64,000 nt of DNA from Tagaea sp. GTDB taxonomy: Bacteria > Pseudomonadota > Alphaproteobacteria > CACIAM-22H2. Below the pieces are notes generated by a model, which was not told where the DNA came from, did not search any database, and saw only the letters and a list, made by a program, of their open reading frames with translations. Below, piece by piece: positions 20,061 to 29,231 of the stretch. How positions within the stretch are numbered: the first letter of the stretch is position 1; each line of letters starts with the position of its first letter. A program made the translations under genes and the position numbers. The DNA lies in assembly GCA_965229215.1 (NCBI GenBank), contig OZ245864.1:58640-122639 (forward strand), given 5' to 3'.

Positions 20061-21476
20061 TCAGACCGGCAGGTTCGGCGCCTTGCGGTGAACCAGCGTC
20101 TCGCGCTCGAACGCAGCGCCAAGACTGAACAGCGTCGCCTCGTCGAATGGCCGCCCGCCGAGCTGGAAGCCCAGCGGCAGGCCCTGCGCGTCGAAGCCGG
20201 CTGGCACGGATAGCGCAGGCAGTCCCATCGCGTTGAAGGGCCGCGACAGCCGCGTGAGCTTGCCGAGCGTGGCGGGCATCGATTCGCTGTCCGTCACGTC
20301 GGTCGCGGCGATGGTCGGCACGGGAACCGCGCAGACCGGCGCAAGAACGGCGTCGCACCTGTCGAAGACATCGGCGAGGAACCGCGCGAGCGTCGCTGCC
20401 CGGATCCGCTGGGCGTCGAGATAGGCGACTGCCGGCACGGCGAGGCCCGGCAGCATCCGCGAACGGACCTGCGCCGAATAGTCGTCGAGGCGCGTCTCGA
20501 GCCAGGGCCGGTGCGCGGACGCGGCTTCGGAAACGGTCACCAGCGCGCCCGCGGCATTGACCGCCTCGAGATCGGGGATCTTCACGCGCAGAATCGTGGC
20601 GCCCAGACGCGTGAACGTCGCGATCGCGTCGTCGAGCATCTTCGCGACCGCGGGGTGAAGGTCTTCGTCGAAATAGCCGGTGGCGATGCCGATGCGCAGG
20701 CCCTTGACCGGCGCGCGGCAGGCTGCCTCGTAATCCGGCACCGGTTCGTTCGCGGCCGTCGCATCGTCGGGATCGGGGCCCGCGAGCACACCGAACAGGC
20801 GCGCGCAGTCCTCGACCGTCCGCGCGAGCGGGCCGACCGTGTCCATCGTCCAGGAAAGAGTCATGGCACCGTGCCGACTGACGCGGCCCCAGGTCGGCTT
20901 GATGCCGGCAAGACCGTTGCAGAAAGCCGGCATGCGGATCGAGCCGCCGGTATCCGAACCCAGTGCCCCGAACACGACGCGCGCCCCGACCGAAGCGCCG
21001 GAGCCCGAGGACGACCCGCCGGTGATGTGGGCGGTGTTCCACGGATTGCGCGCATGTCCGAAATGGTAGTTGTGTCCTGTGGGACCGAAGGCGAATTCGG
21101 CCATGTTGAGCGTACCGAGATCGACGGCACCGGCGGCATCGAGGCGCGTGAGCGCCGTCGCGGTCACGCCCGGCTTCCAGTCGCGCCGGATCTTGGAGCC
21201 GCACGTGGCGGTGCGCCCGGCGCGGTAATACATGTCCTTGTGGGCGAGCGGCACGCCATGCAAGCGGCCGGTCGACGGTTTGGCATCCGCGGCGCGCGCC
21301 ATGGCGAAGGCCGCATCGGCGTCGAGCGCGATGAAGGCGTTGAGGGCGGGCTGCCAGGTCTTGGCGCGCGCGATGCAGGCCGTCGTGATTTCCACGGACG
21401 AGATTTTGCGTGCGGCGATCGCGTCGGCGATTTCGCAGAGCGTGGCGAGGGTCGGGTCGGCGGGCAGGGCGCTCAT
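20061..21476 (-). CDS. amidase-signature enzyme, AtzE/GatA-like
   Basis: 471 aa with a GGSSSGSGASV amidase-signature stretch. Its start overlaps the stop of the small upstream ORF (ATGA). Confidence 0.8.
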   Translation of the reverse strand: MSALPADPTLATLCEIADAIAARKISSVEITTACIARAKTWQPALNAFIALDADAAFAMARAADAKPSTGRLHGVPLAHKDMYYRAGRTATCGSKIRRDWKPGVTATALTRLDAAGAVDLGTLNMAEFAFGPTGHNYHFGHARNPWNTAHITGGSSSGSGASVGARVVFGALGSDTGGSIRMPAFCNGLAGIKPTWGRVSRHGAMTLSWTMDTVGPLARTVEDCARLFGVLAGPDPDDATAANEPVPDYEAACRAPVKGLRIGIATGYFDEDLHPAVAKMLDDAIATFTRLGATILRVKIPDLEAVNAAGALVTVSEAASAHRPWLETRLDDYSAQVRSRMLPGLAVPAVAYLDAQRIRAATLARFLADVFDRCDAVLAPVCAVPVPTIAATDVTDSESMPATLGKLTRLSRPFNAMGLPALSVPAGFDAQGLPLGFQLGGRPFDEATLFSLGAAFERETLVHRKAPNLPV

Positions 21477-21664
21477 GCGCGCTTGCCCCGCGCGAGGCCG
21501 CGCACGAGATGCGAGGGTTCGCTGTCGAAGGGGAGGTGGGTGCGGGCGATGACGGCGATCTGGGGGCCGACGAGCGTCACCATGCGCGCGCGATCGGCCT
21601 CGGTCGTCTCGACGTCCAGCAGTTTTGCGTTGGCGTCGGCAGTCTTGTCGTCCAGCGGGCGCAT
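21473..21664 (-). CDS. AtzG-like small protein (DUF4089-type), putative GatC-like partner of the amidase
   Basis: 63 aa. Strong RBS GAGGAGGA upstream, and translationally coupled to the amidase. The C-terminal ...HLPFDSEPSHLV resembles the ...FPLPDD.EPA.VF end I recall for AtzG/DUF4089. Confidence 0.55.
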   Translation of the reverse strand: MRPLDDKTADANAKLLDVETTEADRARMVTLVGPQIAVIARTHLPFDSEPSHLVRGLARGKRA

Positions 21665-21765
21665 CCCGTCCTCCTCTGCGAGGCGGACCGGAAGGACCTG
21701 CGGGGGGTCCGAATGCCGCCGCCGGACAGTTTGGTCCGGCAGCGGTTTCGGCTCAAGCGTTTAGG

Positions 21766-22983
21766 TCAGGCCGCGCGACGGGTCTGCGGGGCTTCGCCCG
21801 GCATTTCGAGGCGCGGGATCTGCTTGCGGATCAGGCGCTCGATGTCGCGCAGGAAACTGCGTTCCGACGGATCGCACAGCGAGATCGCCGTGCCGTCGGC
21901 ACCGGCGCGGGCCGTACGGCCGATGCGGTGCACGTAGCTTTCCGCTACGTTGGGCAGGTCATAGTTGATGACATGGCCGACGGCATCGACATCGATGCCG
22001 CGCGCGGCGATGTCGGTCGCCACGAGGACGCGGCACTGGCCGCTCTTGAAGGCGCCCAGGGCGCGCTCGCGCTGGCCCTGGCTCTTGTTGCCGTGGATCG
22101 CCTGCGCGGGAATGCCCGAGCGTTCCAGATGCTCGACCACGCGGTCGGCGCCGCGCTTGGTGCGCGCGAAGACGAGGGTGCGGGTCGTGGCGACCTTCTT
22201 GAGGAGGTCGACGAGCACGGGACGCTTCTTGGCCGCATCGCAGAACACGACCTTCTGTTCGACGCGGGCGGCCGTCGTGGCGACGGGAGTGACCGCGACG
22301 CGCACGGGGTTGCGCAGCAGTTCGTCCGCGAGTGCACCGATTTCCTTGGGCATCGTGGCCGAGAAGAACAGGTTCTGGCGCTCCTTGGGCAGCAGCGGGA
22401 TCAGCTTGCGGATGTCGCGCATGAAGCCGAGATCGAGCATCTGGTCGGCCTCGTCGAGGACGAAGATCTCGGTCTTGTCGAGGCGCAGCGTGCCCTGGTT
22501 GAGGTGGTCGAGCAGGCGGCCGGGCGTCGCGACGACGATGTCGACGCCGCTCTGGAGCTGGCGGGCCTGCGGGCCGAACGAGACGCCGCCGTAGACGACC
22601 GCGCCGCGGATCGGCAGTTCGCGCCCGTAGGCGCGGAAGCTGTCGGCGATCTGGCCGGCGAGTTCGCGCGTCGGCGAGAGCACAAGCGCGCGGCACAGGC
22701 CGCGGCCCGGACGCTGCTGGTTGGCCATCAGGCGATGGAGGATGGGAAGCGCGAAGGCGGCCGTCTTGCCCGTGCCGGTCTGCGCGATGCCGAGGAGGTC
22801 CTTGCCGGCCATCACCTGCGGGATCGCCTGCAGCTGGATGGGGGTGGGGATCGTGTAACCCTCGGCGGTGACCGCCTTGAGGATCGGGGCCGAGAGACCG
22901 AGCGTGTCGAAGGTGGGGCCGGTCGGGGCGATCGCGGTCGGCGTGGTCTGGGTGTTGTTGTCGTTCTGCGTAACTTGAGTCAC
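21766..22983 (-). CDS. rhlE: DEAD-box ATP-dependent RNA helicase (RhlE-like)
   Basis: Q-motif ...TIPTPIQLQAIP, AQTGTGKT, DEAD (VLDEADQM), SAT, HRIGRTARAG. GTG at 22983 chosen (VTQVTQNDNN...), 51 nt inside the track ORF. Confidence 0.85.
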   Translation of the reverse strand: MTQVTQNDNNTQTTPTAIAPTGPTFDTLGLSAPILKAVTAEGYTIPTPIQLQAIPQVMAGKDLLGIAQTGTGKTAAFALPILHRLMANQQRPGRGLCRALVLSPTRELAGQIADSFRAYGRELPIRGAVVYGGVSFGPQARQLQSGVDIVVATPGRLLDHLNQGTLRLDKTEIFVLDEADQMLDLGFMRDIRKLIPLLPKERQNLFFSATMPKEIGALADELLRNPVRVAVTPVATTAARVEQKVVFCDAAKKRPVLVDLLKKVATTRTLVFARTKRGADRVVEHLERSGIPAQAIHGNKSQGQRERALGAFKSGQCRVLVATDIAARGIDVDAVGHVINYDLPNVAESYVHRIGRTARAGADGTAISLCDPSERSFLRDIERLIRKQIPRLEMPGEAPQTRRAA

Positions 22984-23309
22984 TGAGTTCTCTTTTCGTA
23001 ACAAAAGACAGTCGCGCGGCGGTCGCCCTCGCAAGGGTCGATGCCGTGTGCCACGGGGCTATCCGGTTCTGGGACCGCCCGTGCGTGTCCGGGCGAGGTG
23101 TCTTGGAGTGTCCGGCGGGTCGCGATCTAGACGTCGATCGCGCTCACGCGAGCCGGAAACCAAAGGCCGCACGAGGCGGCGCGGTCCCGTATATGCATTG
23201 TGCAGTGCAAAAAGTCAAGCAATGCCGGTATTCGGGTCTGCATGGCTGCCGCCCGCTTCGCGCAGGCAGGCGGCTGTCCCGGCCGCAGGGGTTTGCTAGG
23301 CTGCGGGCG

Positions 23310-24527
23310 ATGCCGCTCGATCTCGACCCGCGCGCCGCCGGTTTCATCGCCGACCCCTATCCGTCGCTGGCGGAGCTGCGGGTGGCGCAGCCGATATACC
23401 GTTCGGCGGCGCTGGGCGGCTGGGTCGTCACGCGCCATGCCGACTGCAAGGCCCTGCTCAAGGACGCGCGCCTGTCGGCCGACCGCATGACGCCCTTCTT
23501 CGGCCATATGCCGGCCGAACGGCGCGCCGGCGTGGCGCATCTTGAGGCGACGGTGACGCGCTGGGCGGTGTTCGTCGATCCGCCCGACCACACCCGCCTG
23601 CGCGGCCTGATGAACAAGGCGTTCAGTCCGCGCGCGATCGAAGGGCTCGGGCCGCGCGTCGTGCGCCGCGTGGACGAACTCATCGACGCGTTCGCGGCGC
23701 GCAAGCGCATCGATTTCATCCGCGAGTTCGCCTATCCGCTGCCGGCGACCGTGATCGCCGACCTGCTCGGCGTGCCGCTCGAGGATGTGGATCTCCTCAA
23801 GCGGTGGTCGGACGATCTGGGCGCCTTCGTGCTGACGGCGCGCGCCACGCCCGACAAGTATGCGCGTGCCGAATCGGCTGCCCGCGAGATGGAAGCGTAT
23901 TTCGGCGATCTCGTCGAGGCGCGGCGCGTCAAGCCGGGCGACGATGCGGCGTCGTGGATGATCGGGGCTGCCGATCGCGACGCGCGCATGTCGCGCGAGG
24001 AGCTTGTCGCCACCTGCGTGCTGCTGCTCTTCGCCGGCCATGAGACGACGACGCACCTGATCGGCAACGGGCTGTGGTCGCTGCTCGGCCATCCGCACGA
24101 GATGGCGCGTCTGCGCGCGAACGCCCACGATACGGCTTTCATGCAAAGCACGGTCGAGGAGATGCTGCGCTGGGACGGACCCAGCCTCGCGCAGGTCCGC
24201 ATCGCGCGCGACCGGCTGGAATGGCAGGGCGCCGTCTTCGCGCCGGGCGACCGCATTTTCCTGATGCTTGCGGCGGCGGCGCGCGATCCCGCGGTGTTCG
24301 CCGAGCCGGACCGCTTCGACCTGACGCGCGATCCCAACCCGCATCTGGCGTTCGGGTTCGGCATCCATTTCTGTGTGGGCGCACCCCTTGCGCGCCTCGA
24401 AGCGCGGGTCGCCTTTCCGCGCCTGCTCCAGCGCCTGCCGCGGATCGCGCTGGCGCCCCAGACGCTGCGCTGGTCCGACAATCTCGTCGTGCGCGGCCTG
24501 CATGCGCTCGAACTCGATCTCGGCTGA
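23310..24527 (+). CDS. cytochrome P450
   Basis: 405 aa from the ATG at 23310. AGHETT I-helix, EEMLRW (ExxR), haem loop FGFGIHFCVGAPLAR. The upstream part of track ORF 23046.. lies in the intergenic region. Confidence 0.85.
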   Translation: MPLDLDPRAAGFIADPYPSLAELRVAQPIYRSAALGGWVVTRHADCKALLKDARLSADRMTPFFGHMPAERRAGVAHLEATVTRWAVFVDPPDHTRLRGLMNKAFSPRAIEGLGPRVVRRVDELIDAFAARKRIDFIREFAYPLPATVIADLLGVPLEDVDLLKRWSDDLGAFVLTARATPDKYARAESAAREMEAYFGDLVEARRVKPGDDAASWMIGAADRDARMSREELVATCVLLLFAGHETTTHLIGNGLWSLLGHPHEMARLRANAHDTAFMQSTVEEMLRWDGPSLAQVRIARDRLEWQGAVFAPGDRIFLMLAAAARDPAVFAEPDRFDLTRDPNPHLAFGFGIHFCVGAPLARLEARVAFPRLLQRLPRIALAPQTLRWSDNLVVRGLHALELDLG

Positions 24528-24545
24528 CCGAAGGAACGGCACGCA

Positions 24546-25823
24546 ATGCGCGAGGCCCTGAAAGTCTATCTTCCGATCGCCCTGCTGATTTTTGCGGGTT
24601 TTGCCGTGGCGCTGCGCTTCGTCGCACCCCCGCCGCCGGACAAAATCGTCTTTGCGGCCGGTGCGCAGGGCGGGGCCTATATCGAATTCGCGAAGCGCTA
24701 TGCCGAGATCCTCGGGCGCGACCGCGTGAAGGTCGAGATCGTCGAGACGGCCGGTGCGGCCGACAACCTGCACCGCATCGCCGCCGAAGGGACGCGCATC
24801 GACTTGGCGCTGATCCAGGGCGGTGTGGGGTCCGAGGAAGGCTCGCCCGGCCTCGTGACGGTCGCCTCGGTTTTCTACGAGCCGGTCTGGCTCGTGCATC
24901 GCATCGATCTCGGCGTGGAGAAGGTCCACGACCTGCGCGCGCGCCGCATCGCCATCGGTGCGGACGGATCGGGCACGCAGATCCTCGTCCGGCAGGTGCT
25001 GCGGGCCAACGGGCTGGATGTCGCGAGCGACATCGATGCGCGCGCGATCGGCACGGCGGATTCGTTCCAGGCGCTGCGCGAAGGCTCGGTCGATGCGGCC
25101 TTCTTCGTGGCGGCGCGCGCGCCGGCGGCGCTGACCGACCTTCTGGCCGGCGGCCGGCACAGGCTCTACAGCTTCGAGCGCCACGCGGCCTACCGCCATA
25201 TCTTTCCGTTCCTGTCGTCGATCACGCTGCCGGGCGGCGCGCTCGATCTCGCGCGCGACGTGCCCAACGACGACACGATCCTGCTGGCGCCCGTGGCGCA
25301 GCTCGTCGCGCGCGAGGACGTCCACCCGGCGCTGGTCCAACTGCTCCTCAAGGCCGCGAAGGAGGTGCACGGCCCCCGCCAGATTTTCGCGCCGGCCGGA
25401 ACGTTCCCGACGACCCGCTACGCCGACTTCCCGTTGCACGACGACTCCGAGCGGCTGATCGAACGCGGCCCCAATTTCCTGTCGCGCTATCTGCCGTTCT
25501 GGGCGGCGGTGCTGGTCGAACGCAGCCTCGTCATGCTGATTCCGTTCGTCACGCTGATGATCCCGCTCGCGCGGATCGCGCCGCCGGCCTACCGCTGGCA
25601 GATCCGTGCGAAGATTTTCTCGCACTACAAATCGCTGCGCCGGATCGAGGCCGAACTGCGAAGCGCGGATTCGCCAGCCCGTCGTGCCGAATTGCTGGCG
25701 GAGATCGACGGAATCCAGGAACGGGCCGGTGCCATGAAGGTTCCGGTCGGCTATGCGGACACGCTCTACAATCTCCGGATTCACATCCGCTTCGTCCGTC
25801 GGATGGTATCCGAAGGTGTGTAA
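24546..25823 (+). CDS. TAXI-family (TRAP-associated) solute-binding-like protein, membrane-anchored at both ends
   Basis: 425 aa. N-terminal TM (VYLPIALLIFAGFAVAL), then a ...FAAGAQGGAYIEFAKRYAEIL...NLHRIA...DLALIQGG TAXI-like core, then C-terminal TM segments. 18 nt after the P450 stop. Confidence 0.6.
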   Translation: MREALKVYLPIALLIFAGFAVALRFVAPPPPDKIVFAAGAQGGAYIEFAKRYAEILGRDRVKVEIVETAGAADNLHRIAAEGTRIDLALIQGGVGSEEGSPGLVTVASVFYEPVWLVHRIDLGVEKVHDLRARRIAIGADGSGTQILVRQVLRANGLDVASDIDARAIGTADSFQALREGSVDAAFFVAARAPAALTDLLAGGRHRLYSFERHAAYRHIFPFLSSITLPGGALDLARDVPNDDTILLAPVAQLVAREDVHPALVQLLLKAAKEVHGPRQIFAPAGTFPTTRYADFPLHDDSERLIERGPNFLSRYLPFWAAVLVERSLVMLIPFVTLMIPLARIAPPAYRWQIRAKIFSHYKSLRRIEAELRSADSPARRAELLAEIDGIQERAGAMKVPVGYADTLYNLRIHIRFVRRMVSEGV

Positions 25824-25952
25824 TTAATACGCTAAATCAATGTTCTGCGAATAATTCCGGCCGTAGCACCGGTGTAAACGGTTCGGTAACTTCGGTAAGG
25901 TTAAAACGGGTACGAAGGATCGGCCGATAGCGGACCGACCACGGAGAGACAC

Positions 25953-28637
25953 ATGGACGATCTGCTGCGCGACTTCCTGACCGAGACGAACGAGAATCTC
26001 GGTGTCCTGGATACCGAGATCGTCAAGCTCGAGCAGAACCCGAACGATCCGGGTCTGGTCGGCAGCATCTTCCGCATCATGCACACCATAAAGGGTACGT
26101 GCGGCTTCCTCGGCCTGCCGCGCCTCGAGAAGGTCGCGCATGCGGGCGAGAACCTGCTCGACAAGATCCGCGACGGCAAGCTGATCCCCAACGAACAGGC
26201 CGTCACGCTGATCCTCGAGGCGCTCGACCGGATCAAGAGCCTGCTGTCGGTCCTCGAACAGACCGAAGCGGAACCCGAAGGCGAGGACGCGGACCTCATC
26301 AAGCGCCTCAACGACTACGCGAACGGCGAGACCTCGGCAGCGCCTGCCGCGGCCGTGCCGCTGCAGGCGCTCGCGCCCACGAAATCCGCCGAACCCGAGC
26401 CCGACGAGCACGGCTTCGTGCCCGTACCGGCGCACAAGACCGCCGCCGTCGCCGACGCGCTCGCCGCCCAGAAATCCCCGGAACCCGCCCCGGCGCCCGT
26501 GCCTGCACCCGTCGCCGCTGCGCCTGCGCCGGCCAAGGCCGTCGCGAAGGCCGAGCCGCGCGGCGACGTGGTCGAATCCGCCGTCGCCGCCTCGTCGATC
26601 CGCGTCAATGTCGACGTGCTCGAAAACCTGATGACGATGGTTTCCGAACTCGTGCTGACGCGCAACCAGCTCCTGCAGATCCTGCGCTCTCAGAAAGACA
26701 GCGAGTTCACCGGCCCGCTCCAGCGCCTCAACCACGTTACGTCGGAACTGCAGGAAGGCGTCATGAAGACGCGCATGCAGCCGATCGGCAACGCCTGGTC
26801 GAAGCTGCCGCGCCTGATCCGCGATCTCAGCCACGAACTCGGCAAGAAGATCGACCTGCAGATGCACGGCCAGGACACCGAGCTCGACCGGCAGGTGCTC
26901 GAGCTCATCAAGGATCCGCTGACGCATCTCGTGCGCAACTGCGCCGACCACGGCCTGGAGCGGCCCGAAGAGCGCCGCGCGGCCGGCAAGCCCGAGACGG
27001 GCCGCGTCAACCTCAACGCCTTCCACGAAGGCGGCCACATCATCATCGAGATCACGGATGACGGCCGCGGTCTCAACATCGACAAGATCAAGCAGAAGGC
27101 CATCCAGAACGGCGTCTGCAGCGAGGCGGAAGCCGCCGCCCTCAGCGACCAGCAGATCGCCCAGTTCATCTTCAAGGCCGGCTTCTCCACCGCCGCCGTC
27201 GTCACCTCGGTCTCCGGGCGCGGCGTGGGCATGGACGTCGTGCGCACCAACATCGAGAAGATCGGCGGCACGGTCGAGCTCAAGTTCCAGCGCGGCAAGG
27301 GCACCAGTTTCGTCATCAAGATCCCGCTGACGCTCGCCATCGTGTCGGCGCTCGTCGTCGAATGCTCGGGCGAGCGCTTCGCGATCCCGCAGATAAGTGT
27401 GCTCGAACTCGTGCGCGCGACGGCCGGTTCCGAGACGACGATCGAGCGGGTCAACGATTCCCCGTTCCTGCGCCTGCGCAACCGCCTGCTGCCGCTCGTC
27501 AGCCTGCACGACATGCTCAAGCTCGGCGAAGACCGCGGCGTGGACGCCTCGGAGAGCTTCATCGTCGTCACCCAGGTCGGTACCTACACCTTCGGCATCA
27601 TGGTCGACCGCGTGTTCGACACCGAGGAAATCGTGGTCAAGCCTGTCGCCCCCATCCTGCGCGACATCTCGATGTTCTCGGGCAACACGATCCTGGGCGA
27701 CGGCTCGGTGATCATGATCCTCGATCCCAACGGCATCGCCGCCGCCTCGGGCGAATCCGCCACGATGGGCGAGCAGGCGGCTGCGGCCAGCACGGACGAG
27801 CGCGCCAAGACCGAGGGGCAGCGCGTGGCGCTGCTGGTTTTCCGCGCCGGCGGCCAGGCGCCCAAGGCCGTTCCGCTCTCGCTCATCGCACGTCTCGAGG
27901 AGACCGAGGCCAACACGATCGAATTCTCGGACGGCAAGCCGGTACTGCAGTATCGCGGCAAGCTGATGCCGCTGGTGACGATCGATCCGTCCTACGCGAT
28001 CCGCAGCGAGGGCCGCCAGTCGATCCTCGTCTTCGCCGACCGCAACCGGAACATGGGCCTGCTGGTCGACGAGATCGTCGACATCGTCGAGGAACGCCTC
28101 GAGGTCGAGATGAACAACGTGCGGCCGGGCATGGTCGGTTCGGCGATCATCGCGGGCAAGGCGACCGACGTCATCGACACCGCGCACTATCTCTCGCTCG
28201 CCTTCGGCGACTGGTTCGGCAAGGCGGACCAGCCCTTCGGGCAGACGCAGTCGCGCAGCCTGCTGCTGGTCGACGACAGCCCGTTCTTCCGCAACCTGCT
28301 GCAGCCGATCCTGGCGGTCGCCGGCTACGACGTCACGACCGCCGACACCGGCACGCAGGCGCTCGCCATGTGCGAGGCGGGACGCGAGTTCGACATCATC
28401 GTGTCCGACATCGAGATGCCGGGCATGAGCGGATTCGAGTTCGCCGAGGCACTGCGCAAGATCGAGCGCTTCCGCGAGACGCCGGTCCTGGCGCTTTCCT
28501 CGCACACGCATCCGCAGGACATCGAGCGGGCGCGCCGCGTGGGCTTCACCGACTTCATCCCCAAGCTCGACCGCGAGGGCCTGCTGGCCTCGCTGAACGA
28601 GCTGAGTGCGGGCAACCGCGTCGCGGCCGCGCAGTAA
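25953..28637 (+). CDS. cheA: chemotaxis histidine kinase CheA with fused C-terminal receiver domain
   Basis: 894 aa. Hpt (RIMHTIKGTCGFLGL); an Ala/Pro-rich linker where P2 would be; dimerisation and HATPase (HLVRNCADHG, DDGRGL, GRGVGMDVV); a CheW-like domain; then REC (LLLVDDSPFFR...DIIVSDIEMPGMSG...FIPK). GGAGAG RBS. Confidence 0.9.
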   Translation: MDDLLRDFLTETNENLGVLDTEIVKLEQNPNDPGLVGSIFRIMHTIKGTCGFLGLPRLEKVAHAGENLLDKIRDGKLIPNEQAVTLILEALDRIKSLLSVLEQTEAEPEGEDADLIKRLNDYANGETSAAPAAAVPLQALAPTKSAEPEPDEHGFVPVPAHKTAAVADALAAQKSPEPAPAPVPAPVAAAPAPAKAVAKAEPRGDVVESAVAASSIRVNVDVLENLMTMVSELVLTRNQLLQILRSQKDSEFTGPLQRLNHVTSELQEGVMKTRMQPIGNAWSKLPRLIRDLSHELGKKIDLQMHGQDTELDRQVLELIKDPLTHLVRNCADHGLERPEERRAAGKPETGRVNLNAFHEGGHIIIEITDDGRGLNIDKIKQKAIQNGVCSEAEAAALSDQQIAQFIFKAGFSTAAVVTSVSGRGVGMDVVRTNIEKIGGTVELKFQRGKGTSFVIKIPLTLAIVSALVVECSGERFAIPQISVLELVRATAGSETTIERVNDSPFLRLRNRLLPLVSLHDMLKLGEDRGVDASESFIVVTQVGTYTFGIMVDRVFDTEEIVVKPVAPILRDISMFSGNTILGDGSVIMILDPNGIAAASGESATMGEQAAAASTDERAKTEGQRVALLVFRAGGQAPKAVPLSLIARLEETEANTIEFSDGKPVLQYRGKLMPLVTIDPSYAIRSEGRQSILVFADRNRNMGLLVDEIVDIVEERLEVEMNNVRPGMVGSAIIAGKATDVIDTAHYLSLAFGDWFGKADQPFGQTQSRSLLLVDDSPFFRNLLQPILAVAGYDVTTADTGTQALAMCEAGREFDIIVSDIEMPGMSGFEFAEALRKIERFRETPVLALSSHTHPQDIERARRVGFTDFIPKLDREGLLASLNELSAGNRVAAAQ

Positions 28638-28662
28638 GCGACCGGAAACCGGAGAGATCACG

Positions 28663-29166
28663 ATGAGCAATTCCCTCGTTTCTTCCGAGCGTCCGGGCGC
28701 CGTGAAGGTCGCCGGCGCCGACGTCGCCAACGACTTCGTCACGATGATGGTGGCCGACCAGCTGTTCGGCATCCCGGTCCTGACGGTGCAGGACGTGCTG
28801 GGCCCGCAGCGCGTCACGCGCGTTCCGCTGGCCCCGCCGGAAGTGGCGGGCGCCCTCAACCTGCGCGGCCGCATCGTCACCGCCTTCGACGTCCGCCGCC
28901 GCCTGGGCCTGCCCAAGCGCGAAGCCGACAAGCAGGGCATGAACGTCGTCGTCGATTTCAAGGGCGAGCTCTACGCCCTGATGGTCGACAATGTCGGCGA
29001 GGTGCTGTCGCTGTCCGCCGACACCTACGAGCGCAATCCCAACACGCTGGATCCGCGCTGGCGCGAGGTTTCAGGCGGAATCTACCGCCTCAAGGGCAAG
29101 CTGCTGGTGGTGCTCGAGGTCAGCCGCCTGCTGGCGTTCAAGCGCGGCGGCGCCGAAGCCGCCTAG
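28663..29166 (+). CDS. cheW: chemotaxis coupling protein CheW
   Basis: 167 aa from the ATG at 28663 (GGAGAG RBS). ...FVTMMVADQLFGIPVLTVQDVL...VAGALNLRGRIVTAFDVRRRLG is the CheW fold signature. Confidence 0.85.
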   Translation: MSNSLVSSERPGAVKVAGADVANDFVTMMVADQLFGIPVLTVQDVLGPQRVTRVPLAPPEVAGALNLRGRIVTAFDVRRRLGLPKREADKQGMNVVVDFKGELYALMVDNVGEVLSLSADTYERNPNTLDPRWREVSGGIYRLKGKLLVVLEVSRLLAFKRGGAEAA

Positions 29167-29204
29167 GCTTTACCTTGGCTTAAATCTGCCGGAGCGCTAA
29201 ATTT

Positions 29205-29226
29205 CCCCTTCGCGTGCGCGAAGGGG
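29205..29226 (+). other. 10-bp perfect inverted repeat CCCCTTCGCG-TG-CGCGAAGGGG overlapping the Shine-Dalgarno of the next gene
   Basis: Read directly. The right arm (29217-29226) covers the first G residues of the GGGGGGAG SD (29223-29230), ahead of the ATG at 29232. Confidence 0.5.
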
Positions 29227-29231
29227 GGAGC

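Noticed and set aside
23127-25784. 885-aa minus-strand ORF antisense to the P450 and TAXI-like genes
   Set aside because: Low-complexity Arg/Asp/Ala-rich product with no motifs. The sense genes are well supported.
26330-26560. Apparent short tandem repetition (GCC/CCG-rich) in cheA; similar stretches occur in the cheZ-like 3' end (31080-31200) and in 51360-51500
   Set aside because: These encode Ala/Pro-rich interdomain linkers (PAPAPVPAPVAAAPAPA and similar). This is compositional low complexity, not a defined DNA tandem repeat or array.
25824-28961. 1045-aa ORF on the minus strand, antisense to cheA and cheW
   Set aside because: Its composition is dominated by Arg/Ala/Gly/Asp/His with no recognisable motifs. 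It is the mirror frame of an obviously genuine cheA. Stop-free antisense frames are expected in DNA this GC-rich.
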